Of a stretch of 16,595 nucleotides of DNA, positions 14,354-16,595 are shown piece after piece. How positions within the stretch are numbered: position 1 is the first letter of the stretch; each line of letters opens with the position of its first letter. The translations under genes and the position numbers were made by a program. This DNA comes from a virus. The stretch lies in the UHGV virus genome UHGV-0309045; one strand, written 5' to 3'. The notes beneath the pieces are model-generated. The model searched no databases. It saw only the letters and a list, made by a program, of their open reading frames with translations, and was not told the DNA's origin.

Positions 14354-14390
14354 TTACCCGAAGGGTAATAATTCGCGCGTTAAATGTCAA
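14354..14390 (-). promoter_or_regulatory. Operator TTACC CGAAG GGTAA (14354-14368) with an adjacent minus-strand -35 TTGACA (14390-14385); candidate repressor-controlled leftward promoter for the tRNA unit
   Basis: Perfect palindrome match and a perfect -35 hexamer on the minus strand 16 bp away. No convincing -10, so direction and function are inferred. Confidence 0.4.
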
Positions 14391-14458
14391 CTGCCTACGA
14401 TAAATAAATCATATGTGGTTAAATTGGTAATAATTTAATTGCGTACGGAGTCATTGAT

Positions 14459-14665
14459 ATGTGCATGGGTAGCTCACCATCAGTGCCTGCAACACCAGAA
14501 GTTCAGGCAGCACCACAGGAGCAGGATTCCGCCGTTGTTGATGCCCGAGACGAAGAAACTCGTCGCCGTCGCGCTGCTGCTGGTCGTAGTTCTACGCTGC
14601 TTACCGGTTCTCAGGGCGACACATCAACCGCTAATACCAGCGGTAAAACGCTGCTTGGTCAGTAA
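14459..14665 (+). CDS. Small low-complexity ORF (68 aa) immediately upstream of the portal gene
   Basis: GGAG RBS 8 nt upstream of ATG 14459. Shares the 12-nt translation-initiation sequence CGGAGTCATTGA with the portal gene. Ala/Ser/Thr/Arg-rich; coding status uncertain. Confidence 0.45.
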   Translation: MCMGSSPSVPATPEVQAAPQEQDSAVVDARDEETRRRRAAAGRSSTLLTGSQGDTSTANTSGKTLLGQ

Positions 14666-14679
14666 CCGGAGTCATTGAA

Positions 14680-16359
14680 ATGGCGGAAACAACTAAAGAG
14701 CGATTGAACAAACAGTTCGCACAACTTGAAAGCGAGCGTCAGTCGTTCGAGCCGCACTGGCGCGAGTTGAGTGATTACATCAACCCGCGTGGTTCCCGCT
14801 TTCTGACTTCTGAGGTCAACCGTAACGATCGACGCAATACACGCATTATTGATTCGACCGGGACTATGGCGGCGCGCACTCTCGCCAGCGGCATGATGTC
14901 AGGCATCACAAGCCCCGCGCGTCCGTGGTTTCGCCTGGCTACGCCAGATCCTGAAATGATGGATTATGGCCCTGTTAAGTTGTGGCTTGAGGCGGTGCAG
15001 AACCGCATGAACGATATGTTCAATAAGTCGAATCTCTACCAGTCTCTTCCGCAGTTATACGGAAGCCTCGGCACATACAGCACTGGTGCAATGGCGGTGC
15101 TGGAGGATGACGAGGACATCATTCGCACAATGCCATTCCCGATAGGCAGTTACTACCTGGCTAACTCACCTCGTGGCAGTGTGGACACCTGTTTTCGCAA
15201 GTTCTCTATGACTGTTCGTCAGCTTGTTCAGGAGTTCGGGCTAAATAACGTCAGCGAATCCGTAAAAAGCATGTGGGAAAGCGGCACCTACGAGAAGTGG
15301 ATTGACGTGATGCATTCGGTTTACCCGAACATTGACCGCGATACATCGAAGCTGGATAGCAAGAACAAGCCATTCAAATCGGTTTATTACGAGGTTGGTG
15401 GCGATAACGACAAGTTGTTGCGTGAGTCCGGATTTGATGAGTTTCCAATTATGGCTCCGCGCTGGGAAGTTAATGGCGAAGATGTTTATGGATCATCATG
15501 CCCGGGTATGCTGGCGCTTGGACCTGTTAAGGCATTGCAGCTTCTCCAGAAGCGCAAGTCGCAGTTGATTGATAAAGCCACCAATCCGCCGATGGTTGCT
15601 CCGACTTCCCTCAAGAATCAGCGCGCCTCCCTTCTTCCTGGCGACATCACGTATATCGATCAGATTACTGGTCAGGATGGTTTCAGGCCTGCTTATCTGG
15701 TTAACCCCAGTACAGCAGATCTGGTAGCAGACATTCAGGACACTCGTCAAATCATTAACAGCGCCTACTTTGTCGATCTGTTCATGATGTTGCAGAACAT
15801 CAATACCCGCTCGATGCCTGTTGAAGCGGTGATCGAAATGAAAGAAGAAAAACTTCTGATGTTGGGGCCGGTTCTGGAGCGTCTGAACGACGAATGTCTT
15901 AACCCTCTCATTGACCGCGCTTTCTCGATGATGGTGCGTAAAAACATGCTGCCGCCACCGCCTGACGCGATGGAAGGTATGCCCCTGAAGGTCGAATACA
16001 TTTCCGTCATGGCTCAGGCGCAGAAGTCTATCGGCCTGTCCAGTCTGGCGTCCACGGTTAACTTCATTGGTCAACTTGCGCAAGCGAAACCAGAAGCTCT
16101 CGACAAACTCAACGTTGATCAGGCGATCGATGCATTCGCTGATATGTCCGGAGTGTCTCCAACCGTCATTGTTCCGCAGGAACAGGTTGAGCAGGCTCGC
16201 CAGCAACGGGCACAGCAGCAACAGCAGCAACAAATGATGGCGATGGGGATGGCGGCGGCACAGGGTGCCAAGACGCTAAGCGAAGCTAAAACTTCGGATC
16301 CGAGTGTTTTGTCAGCTATGGCGAATGCAGTTAGTGGTCAGGGTGGGCAATCACAATGA
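14680..16359 (+). CDS. Portal protein (T7 gp8-like head-to-tail connector family)
   Basis: 559 aa. Overall pattern and the Gln/Ala/Met-rich C-terminal tail (QQRAQQQQQQQMMAMGMAAAQGA) resemble T7 gp8 as recalled. GGAG RBS 8 nt upstream of ATG 14680. Confidence 0.88.
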   Translation: MAETTKERLNKQFAQLESERQSFEPHWRELSDYINPRGSRFLTSEVNRNDRRNTRIIDSTGTMAARTLASGMMSGITSPARPWFRLATPDPEMMDYGPVKLWLEAVQNRMNDMFNKSNLYQSLPQLYGSLGTYSTGAMAVLEDDEDIIRTMPFPIGSYYLANSPRGSVDTCFRKFSMTVRQLVQEFGLNNVSESVKSMWESGTYEKWIDVMHSVYPNIDRDTSKLDSKNKPFKSVYYEVGGDNDKLLRESGFDEFPIMAPRWEVNGEDVYGSSCPGMLALGPVKALQLLQKRKSQLIDKATNPPMVAPTSLKNQRASLLPGDITYIDQITGQDGFRPAYLVNPSTADLVADIQDTRQIINSAYFVDLFMMLQNINTRSMPVEAVIEMKEEKLLMLGPVLERLNDECLNPLIDRAFSMMVRKNMLPPPPDAMEGMPLKVEYISVMAQAQKSIGLSSLASTVNFIGQLAQAKPEALDKLNVDQAIDAFADMSGVSPTVIVPQEQVEQARQQRAQQQQQQQMMAMGMAAAQGAKTLSEAKTSDPSVLSAMANAVSGQGGQSQ

Positions 16360-16499
16360 CAGATTACGAAGACGATCAACTGAAAGAAGAAAACGCCCGT
16401 AAGCAACGTGACATGGCGCAGCGTGAAATTGATGACATTCGCTTTGTCATGAGCAGTGAACAGGGGCGTCGCGTTGTCTGGTGTCCATCGGTGAGATAG
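16356..16499 (+). CDS. 5' portion of the gene following the portal gene (scaffold-like position), apparently interrupted by the terminal inverted repeat
   Basis: ATG 16356 overlaps the portal stop (ATGA). Acidic N-terminus MTDYEDDQLKEENARKQRDMAQREIDD. The frame hits TAG at 16497-16499 inside the inverted-repeat spacer after only 47 codons. Confidence 0.35.
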   Translation: MTDYEDDQLKEENARKQRDMAQREIDDIRFVMSSEQGRRVVWCPSVR

Positions 16500-16595
16500 C
16501 GGAAAACACACGGCCTTTCTCCAGCACCGACCAGACAACGCGACGCCCCTGTTCACTGCTCATGACAAAGCGAATGTCATCAATTTCACGCTGCG
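16417..16595. repeat. Perfect inverted repeat of at least 66 bp (arms 16417-16482 and 16530-16595) with a 47-bp spacer, reaching the window end
   Basis: The reverse complement of 16530-16595 equals 16417-16482 exactly. The outer boundary is the window edge, so the repeat may be longer. Confidence 0.9.

Noticed and set aside
15496-16233. 245-aa minus-strand ORF inside the portal gene
   Set aside because: Antisense to the portal gene; low-complexity product (Leu/Arg/His-rich), no RBS.
1-16595. CRISPR arrays, insertion sequences or transposase genes
   Set aside because: No regularly spaced short direct repeats with unique spacers and no transposase-like ORF were seen; the only large repeat is the terminal inverted repeat.

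Overview
This 16.6 kb window reads as a mosaic temperate (lambdoid-type) prophage of an enterobacterium, starting inside a P4-family integrase and ending in the head-morphogenesis genes. All family assignments are from motifs I recognise by eye; no database search or HMM was run. Left to right: (1) a 5'-truncated integrase (+); (2) a leftward early operon (-) carrying two small ORFs, a RecE/YqaJ-type exonuclease, RecT, an AlpA/Xis-like HTH protein, a hypothetical ORF, an orphan MT-A70 adenine methyltransferase and a coupled 64-aa ORF; (3) an immunity switch with a CI-like tandem-HTH repressor (-) and a Cro-like protein (+); (4) a replication module with a wHTH/DnaT-like initiator containing in-gene iterons and a lambda P-like helicase loader; (5) a seven-gene accessory operon of small tightly coupled ORFs; (6) terminase small and large subunits; (7) a reverse-oriented cargo locus with a tRNA-Arg(UCU), stacked terminators and a 118-aa ORF; (8) a T7 gp8-like portal. 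The most distinctive feature is a 15-bp palindrome, TTACC-N5-GGTAA, present at nine intergenic sites (six perfect), including two paralogous 77-bp operator-promoter-operator modules. Other points worth a second look are a 14-bp palindrome at both ends of the terminase operon and a 66-bp perfect inverted repeat that runs into the window end. I could not identify a discrete new multi-gene system with confidence; the accessory operon and the tRNA cargo locus are the best candidates.
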